From Candidatus Latescibacterota bacterium (GTDB lineage Bacteria > Latescibacterota > UBA2968 > GCA-2709665), in assembly GCA_963667175.2 (NCBI GenBank), contig CAXXXF010000015.1:64001-128000 (forward strand): DNA of 64,000 bases. The letters are read 5' to 3'. The position numbers were made by a program, and so were the translations under genes. The notes under the pieces are model-generated. The model searched no databases. It saw only the letters and a program-made list of their open reading frames with translations, and had not been told where the DNA came from. Shown here piece after piece: positions 31,896-42,312 of the stretch. Every line of letters starts with the position of its first letter. The stretch's first letter is position 1.

Positions 31896-33304
31896 TGTGA
31901 CTCCGCCACTTCCTCGACCAGACCGTCGAGGCTGCCTATCAGGTAGTGAAATCGGACCGCCGTTGAGGCGAGGTCGAATCGCGTTGTGATCTCCAGCAGC
32001 CGGGCGTTCTGCAGGTTCAGCTTCGCATCGATGACGTCCAGATTCGATGCCCGCCCCAGCGTCTTTTCCCGGGAGACGATCCGATAGTTGTTTTCATTGA
32101 ACGCAAGGCTGGTCGAAATCAGTTCGCGCTGATTCTTCAGATTGACGATCCGGTTGACCGTCTCGCCTAGCGACTGCCGGGTTTCGTCCACCAGGTCGGA
32201 GAAGCGCGAGTCCTGCGCCAGATAGCTGAACTGCGCCGATTTCAGGCGCGAGAGGTTTCGGAATCCGGTAAACAGGGGAACCGACAGATTGACCATGACC
32301 GTAGAGGGTCTGTAGTCGTCCAGCGCCGGCGTATCGTTTCTGCGCCAGGCCGTCGAGTAGCTGAGAGAGACGTCGGGCAGGTAGCTCGAAACCTGCCCCC
32401 GGTAGACCAGGCGGCTGCGTTCCCGGTCCCGTTCCGCCGCTGCCAGCACCGCGTTTCCTTCAACCAGGGTCCGGTTCTCTACGCCCGCCAGCCGCCGGAT
32501 TTCACCTTCAGACAGATTCGCCAGTCGCGTTGCCTCCGCGTTGAGAGCCTCCGGGACGCCGTCCGCCAGTGCGTCTGCGTCCAGCGTGCGAAGGTTGAGC
32601 AGCCTGCGCAGACGAACCGTTGCATCGCGCAAGGAAGACTCGCCCGCGGCCACGCTGCTCTTCTGCTGCTGGTGTTCCACCTGCCATCGCAGCAGGTCCA
32701 GCTTCGAGTATCTCCCCGCAAGGTGCATCCTCTCGGCTTTTTTGACGTTCAGGCCGGTCAGGACGAGGAATTCCCGCTGAAGTTCGAGCGTCGCGCGGCG
32801 TTTCAGCACTTCCAGGTACCCGGAAGCGACCTGATAGAGGATGCGATCGCGAATGGCCTCTCGGGTCCGTTCGGCCGCGGCCTGTCCGGTGGTCGCGACG
32901 GCAACGCCGTTGATCAACTCCGCGTCGAAGATGGGGACGTGCGCGTGAAACGACGAGTAGTACGAGGTCCGGAACGCCACTCGAGGTACGGGGATCTCGG
33001 GCGGAAAGTACCTGGAAAAGTCCCGCTCCGCCAGCGTCTGTTCGTCAATCCGCGTCACCTCCGTGTTGAAGCTCACCCGTGGCGCGAACTGCGACCACGC
33101 GTTCCTGCGGTCCCAGTTCGCCTTTTCCGCGGCAAATCCGGCCGCGGCCAGCTGCCGGTTGTTGGCCAGTGCCTGCCTCAGGCACGCCTCCAGGGTCAAT
33201 TGGGGTTCGTCCGCGGAATTCGCAGTGCAGGGCAGGGCGGACAGACAGAGGAAAACGCCCGCCACGACAAGTGCGGACGGAGGGGGGTTAAAGAAATATC
33301 TCAT
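31892..33304 (-). CDS. TolC-family outer membrane channel
   Basis: LTLEACLRQALANN, LSVPLFTG, GRASNLDVIDA. Confidence 0.9.
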   Translation of the reverse strand: MRYFFNPPPSALVVAGVFLCLSALPCTANSADEPQLTLEACLRQALANNRQLAAAGFAAEKANWDRRNAWSQFAPRVSFNTEVTRIDEQTLAERDFSRYFPPEIPVPRVAFRTSYYSSFHAHVPIFDAELINGVAVATTGQAAAERTREAIRDRILYQVASGYLEVLKRRATLELQREFLVLTGLNVKKAERMHLAGRYSKLDLLRWQVEHQQQKSSVAAGESSLRDATVRLRRLLNLRTLDADALADGVPEALNAEATRLANLSEGEIRRLAGVENRTLVEGNAVLAAAERDRERSRLVYRGQVSSYLPDVSLSYSTAWRRNDTPALDDYRPSTVMVNLSVPLFTGFRNLSRLKSAQFSYLAQDSRFSDLVDETRQSLGETVNRIVNLKNQRELISTSLAFNENNYRIVSREKTLGRASNLDVIDAKLNLQNARLLEITTRFDLASTAVRFHYLIGSLDGLVEEVAESQ

Positions 33305-33382
33305 AGAGGACTCCGTGGGGAAGCGATGACGTCAGCGCACGAGTGAGGAATGATGTACCGGCGCTTGCGCAGCGCCCGCTCC

Positions 33383-34294
33383 TCAAAATAGCGCGTTGTC
33401 TTCATACTGTTTCTCCGGTCGAGCCGCCGTTTCCACGTCGACATACTGCATGGAGAATGGGGAAATCTCTTGAGGGGGCTTCGGAAATACCTGTTTGGAG
33501 GACGATAAGACGGTATACTGATCCCTCATTACACGCAAGATCAGACCGTAAAGATCGCTTTCTCTCTCGGTATAGGTCGTGTAAATCCTGCGCAATAACT
33601 GCCCGAATTCCTGCAGCTTCTCACCCTGTTCAACGCGGTTGAGTCCATAGACAACCTGATAGTGCTTCCCCTTGAGCAATCCATCCAAAACCTGTTTTTT
33701 CGTTGAAAAACGCCGCTTCTGGTCCTTGTCCAGCGACCCCCAGAACGCTCGTATGCATCGCGCCACCAGATGCAACCGGCAACAGAGCACAATGTTCGAG
33801 GCGATTGCCTTGCCGTCCATGCGGACGTGCTGACCCAACACGTGAAAGGCGTTGGCCTGCGTCCCGGTTAAGCTCGAGAGCGTCTCGCCTATCAGTTCGC
33901 GACCGGTCTTCAGGCGAACCTCATACAAAGCATGCTTGAACAGATAATACGTGGACTCAGCAGGCGCCTCATCGGATAGATTCATCATCCCCAATGCGCG
34001 CATCACCAGGATGTTGAATCGACAATGGTCGAACAGTTCCGCATCGTTCCATCCGAAACCCTCCTTCATGAACACCATCGCCACCAGTCGTCGAATCGGC
34101 GCGCCGCGGCCTTCCTCGTTGGCATATCGCAACCTCGAGAACAGATCCTCATCGACCTTTGACGTGACGTGCTCGTAAAACAGATTTTGCCACGACTTCG
34201 GATCATTCAGCTGGTCCTGCTGGCGTGGCTTGAAATGCAACTCGAAGCTGCTGAACAGATCCGGCTGACTTGACGGGGCACTCTTTCCGAACAT
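33383..34294 (-). pseudogene. C-terminally truncated IS1182/IS5-like transposase (DUF772-type N-terminus)
   Basis: MKEGFGWNDAELFDHCRFNILVMRALG, PAESTYYLF, RMDGK; the ORF ends before the rest of the DDE domain. Confidence 0.65.
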
Positions 34295-34484
34295 CGCTCC
34301 CTCGCTTTCTTGCGATCAATCGTCAATCCGGCTTTGCAACCGCTTCACACCTCGAATTCAGCGCTCAGGGTGCTTGATCCGGTACCGCAATCTGGTCCCC
34401 CCTTGAGGGGAGTCGCCGCCTCCGGCGGCGGTGGGGGACTTCAACGCCGTACCAGATGCTACCCGCGTCTTGTTCCATGCGCCG

Positions 34485-35949
34485 TCAGATATCGTCCTCT
34501 CTCAACTCCGACAGAAGCCGTCGCCCCTTGCTTGTCACCCGGTATTTCTGCTTGCTGCTGGTCGGCTTGTTCGGTATGGTCATCTCCAGCCACCCGGCTT
34601 CCAATAGCGGCTGGAGGTAGTTCACCCGGAACGTCTTCCGGTGTTTCAATCCAAGGATCTCCATAATCTCATTCGCAAAGCGGGGTCGCCTGCAATGCCA
34701 GACAACCTGAGCGGTGACTTGGCGCTGAGTCTTGCCTGACTCTTGCTTTGGCCCGGCGCCGGTTCCCACCTCTGAGGTTGGCCTTTGGAACATTGTCGTT
34801 ACCCACGAATCGGCCACTTCGATCAACGGTTCAGCCACTCCGTGTTCACGGCACAGGTCTCGGATTCTCCGAATGCCTGAACCGATCCTCTCGACCGCCT
34901 CCATGCGGTGCAGCATGCCGAACAACAGCGGGTTGCGCGGTATGCTCTTGATACCGAGATCCGCTTCCGTCATGCCGGCGGGCAACCCGCCAGGGCTTGA
35001 CGATTTCGAGCCGGTCATTGAACAGGTAAATCTGAACGTTGGCCGTCGAACGGTAGTCTCGGTGGGCCAATGCGTTGACGACCGCCTCGCGAATGGCTTC
35101 TTCGGGCAGTTCCGGCCGTTCTTCCCGCTTTACGTGCTTAATGATGTACTCGACGTTGATCTTGGAGAGAATCCAGGCCATCACCTCTTCAATCATCGTA
35201 TAGACGTCACCGTGGAAGTCGCGCCTTTCGAGAATGCGCACCTTGTCAGTTCCCATGAAGAGCGCACATGCGACGTCCGCGCTGATATTGAACTTCCGGA
35301 TGTCCCTGGCCAGCAACCAGGCCCCGGCGTGCGTCATCCGGCCGTCTTCACCCATCAGGTGCAGGTTGCGAAGCGCGATCTCCGGATCCATATCCTCGGG
35401 AATTTTCGCGCGGCGCTGAAACACGGACCAGTTCTCTTCATCAAGGTCTTTCTCCAATGAAAACCTGTCGCACGCGGTTTCGTCGAAATGGATCAGCCCT
35501 TCCTTGTAGAAGAATTCCCGAATCTCCTCACGCGACGTCTGCTGACTGCTCGCCCCTTCTCGGATGTAGAACTTTCCTCCGAAAGCGTAGGGCTTGCCGT
35601 GCTGCGCGGGCACGGTCACGCAGAGGACGCCATCCACGCTTTCGGTCTCCACCGCGATGGGCGGCTCCGCGCTGCGGGCAATCGCCTGGACCCGGGATTT
35701 CAAGCGGTTGTGGTCAGCAACGCCGCAGACCACCCCATCGTCGGCCACGCCAATCAGGATCACGCCGCCGGTGGCATTGGCAAAGGCGCATATCTCACGC
35801 CCAAGCCCGGAAGTGCCCGAGCGTTTGAACTCGATGGTATAGCTCTCGCCAAGGGCGGCGAGGTTTGAGAGGTTCGTTTTGTTCATTATCGTGTCTGAGC
35901 GTGCCTTTTCCGTGTCGCCGTGAGCCATGCAATTGGATAACTCTGGCAA
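34485..35949 (-). pseudogene. AlbA_2 + HATPase_c_4 + C-terminal HTH protein, +1 frameshift near 34998
   Basis: EFKRS, CAFANATGG, REAVVNALAHRDY; RLEIV|SPGGLP is split by one extra A; PNKPTSSKQKY tail. Confidence 0.85.
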
Positions 35950-35999
35950 TTCAGCCGCGAATCCAGTCTCGTCGTACCCCTGTATTGCACTCCGACCCT

Positions 36000-36236
36000 T
36001 CAGGCGAGGGCGGTATACTCATAAACCGCGGTCTCGATCGTGCGAACGGGTCGGCATTGTTCCCACACCACTTGCTGTAACCGCTCGACGGTCTCCGGTG
36101 AGAAGTGCTTCTCGCCCGTCTCGACGTTGACTCGCGCCGGGACGTTTTCAATGAGGAAGAGTCGCCCGTTCAGTTCAATGTGGTAGGTCACCTTTTTTAC
36201 TACCAGCGTTTCATTCCATGCGCTGTCTTCAGACAT
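36000..36236 (-). CDS. YgiT/MqsA-type antitoxin-like small protein, orphan and lacking Zn cysteines
   Basis: IENVPARVNVETGEKHFSPET. Confidence 0.75.
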   Translation of the reverse strand: MSEDSAWNETLVVKKVTYHIELNGRLFLIENVPARVNVETGEKHFSPETVERLQQVVWEQCRPVRTIETAVYEYTALA

Positions 36237-36357
36237 CGTGCAGTCTCCCAACTTCGGCGGCCGCTTCTCGGCAGCCTGAATTGAGCCTTGCTGCCGTGGA
36301 CCGGCGCTTACCGGACAACGGGTGGCAACGTGCGAATGAATAAGAAACGGCGATCTT

Positions 36358-36452
36358 CCATTTGTCGGTTTCAATGGCGTCCGATTGTCGGTCAATAGAG
36401 CGTCCGATTGTCGGTTAATCGATCGTCCATTTGTCGAATGAACGAAATCACA
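36358..36452 (-). repeat. Four 23-bp-period direct repeats ending in a TGT terminus (transposon end or iteron-like)
   Basis: CC(A/G)(T/A)TTGTCG units at 36358, 36381, 36404 and 36427. Confidence 0.7.
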
Positions 36453-36691
36453 CAATTTACAGAATTGTAACGCCGCAATCAAGTCGCGAGTCGAATAGCT
36501 GGCGCGAACCGGCTGGGCCAGCCAAGTCTCATTCGGATATTGGATATGGGGATAATTGCAACAGGTGGGCTTGTCACGGAAGATCCGCTCATATCCATAC
36601 GCACCGTCGGGTTCGAGCTCATCGACCGAGCCGGACACCTCGTGCGACCAGGGTGTCGGATGGATGGACAACGGTGAAAGGAATCAGCGGT

Positions 36692-37834
36692 TTACCGGTT
36701 ACCGATCTCGCCCGCCAGGGTCGTGACCGCTTCGACCAGCGTATCCAGCTCCGAATCGGTGGTGTAGAACGCCACCGAAATCCGCACACCGGAAGGCTTG
36801 TTGACGTTGGTCGCCCGTTGGGCGATTTGCCAGCGGTTCCGGAGTGCGTCAGAGACTTCGTTCCCGTCCATGCCCTCGACGGCGAACGCGACGACGCCGG
36901 TTTGGGTTTCGGCGCGGCGTGAGCCGATGATCCGCACGCCGGGAATGGCGTCGAAGCGTTCGCGCAGCGATTCCGCCTTTGGTCCCGCCTCCGCGGCGAT
37001 GGCCTGCGGCCCGCCGATGCCTGCCAGAAAATCGAGACCCGCGCCGAGACCCAGGTAGAGCGCGCGCGCCGGCGATCCCGTCTCGTACTGCCGGGCCGTG
37101 CCATCGGGAACGTGCGGCCGCCGCAACGGCTTCAAAACCTGCTGCGCGCGTTTCGTGACATAGAGAAATCCGGTACCCATCGGCGAGAGCATCCACTTGT
37201 AGCAATTCGTGGCGTAGAAGTCGCAGCCCAGTTCATGCAGGTCCACCGGAAACTGCCCGATGGCCTGGCAGCCATCCCAGAGCGTGAGAATGCCGCGGGT
37301 CCGTGCCAACTCGCAAATCTCGCGGGCGGGCAACCGGATCCCCCAATCCGTCGTGACATGGCTGAAACAGATCAGCCGGGTACGCGGGGTGATCGTTTGC
37401 TCCAGTCGGCCCAGAAAGAGATCCTTATCCTGGTCGATCTCGACCACCTTGACGATCGCCCCTTCCCGGTCCGCCAGACCCTGCGCGGCCTCAAGGGGTA
37501 CCGGATGTTCCTCATTGGTTATGAGGACTTCGTCTCCCGGTTGCCACCGCAGCCCGTTGAGCACCATACCGTACCCTTCGCCGGTGCTCATCGTCAGCGC
37601 GATTTCCCCTGCATCGGCGCCGAAGAAGCCGGCGATTCTGGCCGGCAATTCGTCCGCGGCCTCGGTCATTGCGTCGTACCAGTCGCTCGTACTGACACTG
37701 CCGTTGCGCAACTGCTGATAGCCCTCGGCGACCGCCTCGTTCACGCTGACCGGCGACAGACCGATTCCGGCGGTGTTCAGGTAAACGCCGTGTTTCAGGC
37801 CCGGCAGCTGGCCGCGAATCCCCTCGATATCCAT
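36692..37834 (-). CDS. Class V PLP aminotransferase/cysteine desulfurase-like protein
   Basis: YLNTAG, EEHP, FSHV, DGCQAIG, CYKWMLSPMGTG, RISVAFY. Confidence 0.88.
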   Translation of the reverse strand: MDIEGIRGQLPGLKHGVYLNTAGIGLSPVSVNEAVAEGYQQLRNGSVSTSDWYDAMTEAADELPARIAGFFGADAGEIALTMSTGEGYGMVLNGLRWQPGDEVLITNEEHPVPLEAAQGLADREGAIVKVVEIDQDKDLFLGRLEQTITPRTRLICFSHVTTDWGIRLPAREICELARTRGILTLWDGCQAIGQFPVDLHELGCDFYATNCYKWMLSPMGTGFLYVTKRAQQVLKPLRRPHVPDGTARQYETGSPARALYLGLGAGLDFLAGIGGPQAIAAEAGPKAESLRERFDAIPGVRIIGSRRAETQTGVVAFAVEGMDGNEVSDALRNRWQIAQRATNVNKPSGVRISVAFYTTDSELDTLVEAVTTLAGEIGNR

Positions 37835-37923
37835 GGGCTTTCCTTTCTTCCTGGATTACAGATGAGCGCTTGGAGAAGTCACTGAGGTGGGGAAATAGGG
37901 AGCGAGGGGAGAAGGAATAACAA

Positions 37924-37952
37924 AGCCTGCCGAACTGTTGTTCTGGCAGGCT
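37924..37952. terminator. Stem-loop, probable terminator
   Basis: AGCCTGCC...GGCAGGCT inverted repeat downstream of the IS-split gene. Confidence 0.5.
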
Positions 37953-38125
37953 GTTGATAACGTTATGAACGCTGCGGACCGTTGCTGTTAGAGTTTTCCG
38001 GAGTTTTGTAAGTTTTTTTCCCTGCTTTCATTCACTCTTTGAACAAGCTCCTTTGCGCTGGGAGGTGGGTCTTCTTTAAGTGCAGCGGAACGTGTCAATA
38101 GAAATGAGACACCTCCCGTTGGAAT

Positions 38126-39139
38126 TTAGTGAAGCAACTGATGGCATTCGATGGTGTTCTGTGGTTGGTTAATCCAGACTTGGTCTGGAACGCGTGGTGG
38201 ACGAGGATGCCCCTTAACAAATCGTTCAGGGTGGTTGTGATAGGCCTGGTCCAGCACCGATTGTCTGGCGGCTTGAAACTGCTGTGTCAGCCCGTGGTGG
38301 ACGGTATCGGGCGTGAGTAAGCCCAGTCCGCTGTGCCGGTGTTGTGTGTTGTACCAGGGAAAGAAGGCCTGTAAATAGGTGCGTGCTTCTTGCGGGTTGG
38401 TGAAGCGCCCGGGGTATGAAGGCGCGTATTTGAGCGTCTTGAACTGGCTTTCGGAATACGGGTTGTCATCGGACACACGGGGTCGAGAGTAGCTGGCCAG
38501 GATGTCGAGGTCCATCAGCAACTGCGAAAAGGTCTTGGCCGTCATGGGTGCGCCGCGGTCCTGGTGCAGCGTCAGTTGTCCGGGTTGAATGCCCTGTTTC
38601 TGGCATGCGTTGGCAATCAGGCGCTTGGCGTATGTGGCGCTCTCCCTTGTGGCGACCGTCCAGGCCACGACATAGCGTGAGAACAGATCCAGTACAACGT
38701 AGAGGGGATAGGTCACCCACTTGCGTGGTCCTGGCAGCCGCGTGATATCCCACGTCCAGACCTGGTTGGGCGCATCCGCCATCAAGCGGGGCGGTTCCAG
38801 ACGTGGATGACGGAGCTGGTGTCTCCGCTGGCGCACTTCCCCTGCGTCGTGAAGCAGACGGTACATGGTCCGGATCGAGCAGACATACCGCCCTTCCTCC
38901 AGCAACGCGGCGTAGACTGCCGGTGGCGCCTGGTCTGCGAAGCGGTCGTCGTGCAGGATGTCCAGCACGGCGGCGCGCTCGTTTTGGGAAAGCGCACGTG
39001 GCGACGAGGACCGCGCGCCACGAGGCGTGCGTGGGGCTGGCTGACGCGCACGGTAGACCGAAGCCCGCGCCACACCCAGGGCCCGGCACGCGGAAGCCAA
39101 GCCCACCTTCGGGGCCAGTTGTTCTGCCGCACGGATCAT
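38126..39139 (-). CDS. IS3-family OrfB DDE transposase
   Basis: WTWDIT, LDLFSR, HQDRG, DNPYSES, YNTQHRHSGL. Confidence 0.92.
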   Translation of the reverse strand: MIRAAEQLAPKVGLASACRALGVARASVYRARQPAPRTPRGARSSSPRALSQNERAAVLDILHDDRFADQAPPAVYAALLEEGRYVCSIRTMYRLLHDAGEVRQRRHQLRHPRLEPPRLMADAPNQVWTWDITRLPGPRKWVTYPLYVVLDLFSRYVVAWTVATRESATYAKRLIANACQKQGIQPGQLTLHQDRGAPMTAKTFSQLLMDLDILASYSRPRVSDDNPYSESQFKTLKYAPSYPGRFTNPQEARTYLQAFFPWYNTQHRHSGLGLLTPDTVHHGLTQQFQAARQSVLDQAYHNHPERFVKGHPRPPRVPDQVWINQPQNTIECHQLLH

Positions 39140-39603
39140 ACGTCGTCGTCGCCTGCTGGCCGGTTCAGGGGGACACCCAGGATCTCGGAGGCTTTTTTTT
39201 GGATCTCGAGGATCGTGTTCGCCTGTTCCAATCGTCGACGCAAACGGGCGTTCTCCTTGCGCAGGTGCTGGTTCTCGACGGCCACCTCGTCGCGGCGATG
39301 TCCCTTGGGTCCCCGCAGCTTCGACAGCGCCTTGAGCGACCCCTCACGACGCGCACGACGCCACTGCGTCAACTGCGAGGAATACAACCCCTCCCGGCGC
39401 AGCAGCGCGCCCACTTCGCCAGGGGCACGGCACGCATCCGCCGCTTCCAGGATGCGAAGCTTGTACTTTGCCGTGAACCGGCGACGCTTCGCACGCGCCG
39501 GCACCTCCGGATCCGGCCTCGTGGTTGTGGAGGTCCCGCGCGGGACCTCCACAACCAGAGACCCCTTGCTGCCGTTGCCTACAACATCGGTTCTTGACCT
39601 CAT
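39136..39603 (-). CDS. IS3-family OrfA (HTH)
   Basis: RRRFTAKYKLRIL, LLRREGLYSS; A8 tract at 39193-39200 with the -1 frame open into orfB. Confidence 0.88.
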   Translation of the reverse strand: MRSRTDVVGNGSKGSLVVEVPRGTSTTTRPDPEVPARAKRRRFTAKYKLRILEAADACRAPGEVGALLRREGLYSSQLTQWRRARREGSLKALSKLRGPKGHRRDEVAVENQHLRKENARLRRRLEQANTILEIQKKASEILGVPLNRPAGDDDV

Positions 39604-40025
39604 CTCTTGTTCTCCTCTCCGCCCATGATACGACATTAATCTCGAAGGGGGAGTTGTCTCACTCTATATTGGCACGTAGGGCAGCATCGAGTATTTGACT
39701 AATCTCCCGGTCCCTTTCTTCCCGTCCTATTTGTTTCATCGCTCGTCCATAGAACATGTCCTTGAACTCCAAAAGGAAAAAGGTAACGGTGATAGAGAAG
39801 ACGCCGATGGCAGTAATGTCTTGAGCGGTTTTAACGGAAAGAATCGATGTTTCTCGGGTGGCGATATAGCAGATTGTGCTGAGGTAAAAGATTGGAATGG
39901 CGACAGCAACGAACAACTCTCTATCTCGTGCCGAAGGTATGAGGTCCATTAAATTCCGTAGTTGTCTTTTGCATATCTTTTCCGTAAAGACTACGCAACA
40001 GAATTTATCTTGTCAAGTGAAAACG

Positions 40026-40337
40026 TTAAAATTGGGATGAAGATAGACGGGGGTACTTGAAACGTCTCGCGCCAGGGCTATTGTCTTCAAATAGAGCAAG
40101 CTGGCTGTGGAGCGCACGCATCTGCTCGAGCCTTTGCCGACTCCATTCGCGATCATCGTCCTCCCATATGAAATCAATGACTATTGCCGGCTTGAATACA
40201 GCAAGCAAGACCGCGTTGTTTTTTGCGCCAGCGATGAGCTCGCCGAGTCTATCGTAAACCGTCGCGTTTTGCAACAACGAAAGCGTCGAGTAGGTTTTTG
40301 CGGTAACCAGGAAGCGTTGTTTGCTCGTATCGGTCAA
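40026..40337 (-). pseudogene. Internally deleted conserved hypothetical gene (DUF488 partner)
   Basis: FLVTAKTYSTLS joined directly to VYDRLGELI...LAVFKP; overlaps the DUF488 stop. Confidence 0.55.
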
Positions 40338-41290
40338 AGGTGTTTTACGCCACCGTGGGGGAAGAAGGGGCGAGCGTCTCCATCTGAAGGGTGGTTCTGA
40401 TCGGTGAACTTTTCGAGCGCATTGGCGACGCAATGACGATGGCACTGTTCGGCTTCGAGTTCGAAACAGGTGAGTGCTACGGACTCGCCGGACTGCAACC
40501 AGTCGCGGATTCTTCCCAGGGCATCGCCTGGATTCGGCAGGATCGTCTGCCTATAGGTCTCGAAAAGGTCCTTGAAATCCGCTTCCGTCTTGAGACCTCG
40601 GCGTCGACGGGACTCAATCCCAAGCTCCGGAAGATGTTGGTAACGAATTCCAACACCTGAACAGGCCCGTTCAAGTGTGGTCTTGGAAAACCCATACTTA
40701 CGGCTGATCGCGTTCCGTCTCACGTCGCACAATAGGGTCACGCCTCCACGGATAAGCAGATTGAGATAAGATTCCAGCGTTCGTCCCTCGTAACCGATCG
40801 TGAATAGCCGCGACGGTGTTGTTTCGGGACGCGTGGATTCGATCCGATCAAGTGTCCGCCGATCGTCGTGCAATATCTGCTCTGCGATTTTACTGCGTAT
40901 CGCATAATACGGATACCGCCGGTAGGTATCCGCAATGAGCGCATCCCCTCGTACGCTTCGATATTGATGCGCGAACGAAGGAATCGAAATGTCTTCTAAA
41001 TCTCGCGCGATATTGCGCCCGTCTTTAGTCAGGACCCATTTCTGGTCGTCATCCGCGAGCAGTCCCCAATCCACCAGGCGGCAGCGGTCCGCATAGCTGG
41101 TGAACGAGAATGCGCCATAATGGTAGGGGACAAATTCGTAGCGTCCTTGAGGTGTCTCAGTTGCCCGGTGTGACGAAAGCCCTTTACAGTAGAGAAATAG
41201 AAGCTTCTGAAAGTCCGTATTGCTCGCGCCCCCACCAATCGCGCCAAGCAACCCAAGCAGCAGGCGCTGGCGGCTGTACAGACGCGGCAT
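40334..41290 (-). CDS. Winged-helix + DUF488 domain protein, copy 1
   Basis: FQKLLFL, FVPYHYGAFSF; FTIGYEG, DVRRNAISRKYGFSK, CFE...CHR. Confidence 0.85.
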   Translation of the reverse strand: MPRLYSRQRLLLGLLGAIGGGASNTDFQKLLFLYCKGLSSHRATETPQGRYEFVPYHYGAFSFTSYADRCRLVDWGLLADDDQKWVLTKDGRNIARDLEDISIPSFAHQYRSVRGDALIADTYRRYPYYAIRSKIAEQILHDDRRTLDRIESTRPETTPSRLFTIGYEGRTLESYLNLLIRGGVTLLCDVRRNAISRKYGFSKTTLERACSGVGIRYQHLPELGIESRRRRGLKTEADFKDLFETYRQTILPNPGDALGRIRDWLQSGESVALTCFELEAEQCHRHCVANALEKFTDQNHPSDGDARPFFPHGGVKHL

Positions 41291-41404
41291 TGTTCCTTCT
41301 TTCAATTGTTGAACTGGCACACGCGCCATCGCAATGGGTCCTGATCTGCCCAGTGAAATAGAGACGAAATTGGATACCCGGTGCGACGTGGAAAGTGGAT
41401 GTTG

Positions 41405-41446
41405 CTATAGACTGCGCACATTTCCCAAGCCGTGCTGCTCCAGGGT
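41405..41446 (-). pseudogene. C-terminal stub of a type III R-M Mod methyltransferase, copy 1
   Basis: LEQHGLGNVRSL*, the same tail as 60891-60959. Confidence 0.6.
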
Positions 41447-41479
41447 AACCGTTTTCGGCAGGATGGAACGACGCACGGT

Positions 41480-41720
41480 CTTTGTTGTAGGAACGGTTCG
41501 CGAACCGCCATTGCTCGAGCCGATCTCTGAGCATGCCTGCATTGAGCTCGGTCCCTGAGCTTGTCCGAAGGGGCGAAATGTCGAAGGGCCGGCGACGGCC
41601 GATGCGGTGGGGGGCTAAGCGCTTTACGGCATTCAAGCCAACTCGCGGATGCTTGTAATTTCGCAAGTGGAATTGAAAGAGACCCCGATATGTTCACGTT
41701 TCGGAGTCTCGTTTTGGACA
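41480..41720 (+). repeat. Composite repeat unit 1
   Basis: GTAG..GGTTCGCGAACC palindrome, GAGCTTGTC(C)GAAGGG, GATGCGGTGGGGGG, then about 110 bp similar to 44490-44600. Confidence 0.75.
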
Positions 41721-41793
41721 ACAGTGTCCGGAAGTTTACGAAAGTTGGGTCAATCGCCTCAAGCTGGAATTCGAGATTCGGATCAGATTTGTC

Positions 41794-42309
41794 TTATTTC
41801 CCCTCGTCTAGCGACTTTTGTACCTCGGCCTGGATATTCCCTTTGAGGTCACCAAGTTTAACTCGTTCTTGTTTCACTGCCTTCACCAACATCGCTTTAA
41901 CCCGCGACTTCCTTAGCCGAAAGAACCTCTCCTCCTCAATTGCAGATACGACGCGGCGAGCAACTCTTCCAAGGCGAACGTAGTCAAGTCGGCACACATC
42001 AACGTGCAGGTTAACCAATTCATGCACAGGTGTTCGACCCTTAGTATTGCTCAAAGTTTGGCCGTCTGCAAGTAGCTCATCATCGTCCAACCAAACAACA
42101 TCGAGCTTATCGACGTGATCGCGTCCCGCTGCCATCGCAAGGACTGCCTCTTCGACATCGTCTGTGTTTCCCACGCCGCATTGCCAGAAGGACAACGAGT
42201 TGTTCTGTGTCCTAAGGTCACTTGTCAACGCATCGGCCGAAATCTCTCCCTCTGAAAGTCCCGCCTTGGGTTCCCACTTGGAGAGGGTGACTTTGCGCGC
42301 CAGGAACAT
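41794..42309 (-). CDS. Hypothetical protein, possible ADP-ribosyltransferase-fold toxin
   Basis: FLARK...DLRTQNNSLSFW...HVDV; last gene of a coupled three-gene operon. Confidence 0.6.
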   Translation of the reverse strand: MFLARKVTLSKWEPKAGLSEGEISADALTSDLRTQNNSLSFWQCGVGNTDDVEEAVLAMAAGRDHVDKLDVVWLDDDELLADGQTLSNTKGRTPVHELVNLHVDVCRLDYVRLGRVARRVVSAIEEERFFRLRKSRVKAMLVKAVKQERVKLGDLKGNIQAEVQKSLDEGK

Positions 42310-42312
42310 CGA

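Larger units (their letters stand above)
38087..39680 (-). mobile_element. IS3-family-like insertion sequence, apparently intact
   Basis: Imperfect IRs GGAACGTGTCAATAGAAATGAGACA / CCTACGTGCCAATATAGAGTGAGACA; GCAGC duplicated at 38082-38086 and 39681-39685. Confidence 0.9.
37988..39949 (-). pseudogene. Small membrane protein gene interrupted by the IS3-like element
   Basis: Removing 38087-39685 restores ...QILDAALKEDPPPSAKELVQRVNESREKNLQNSGKL* (TAA at 37988-37990). Confidence 0.75.

Noticed and set aside
36358-36452. CRISPR array
   Set aside because: The period is only 23 bp, there are no spacer-length unique segments and no cas genes
36237-36671. N-terminal extension of the 223-aa ORF
   Set aside because: It runs through the repeat array; the recognisable YgiT-type gene starts at 36236
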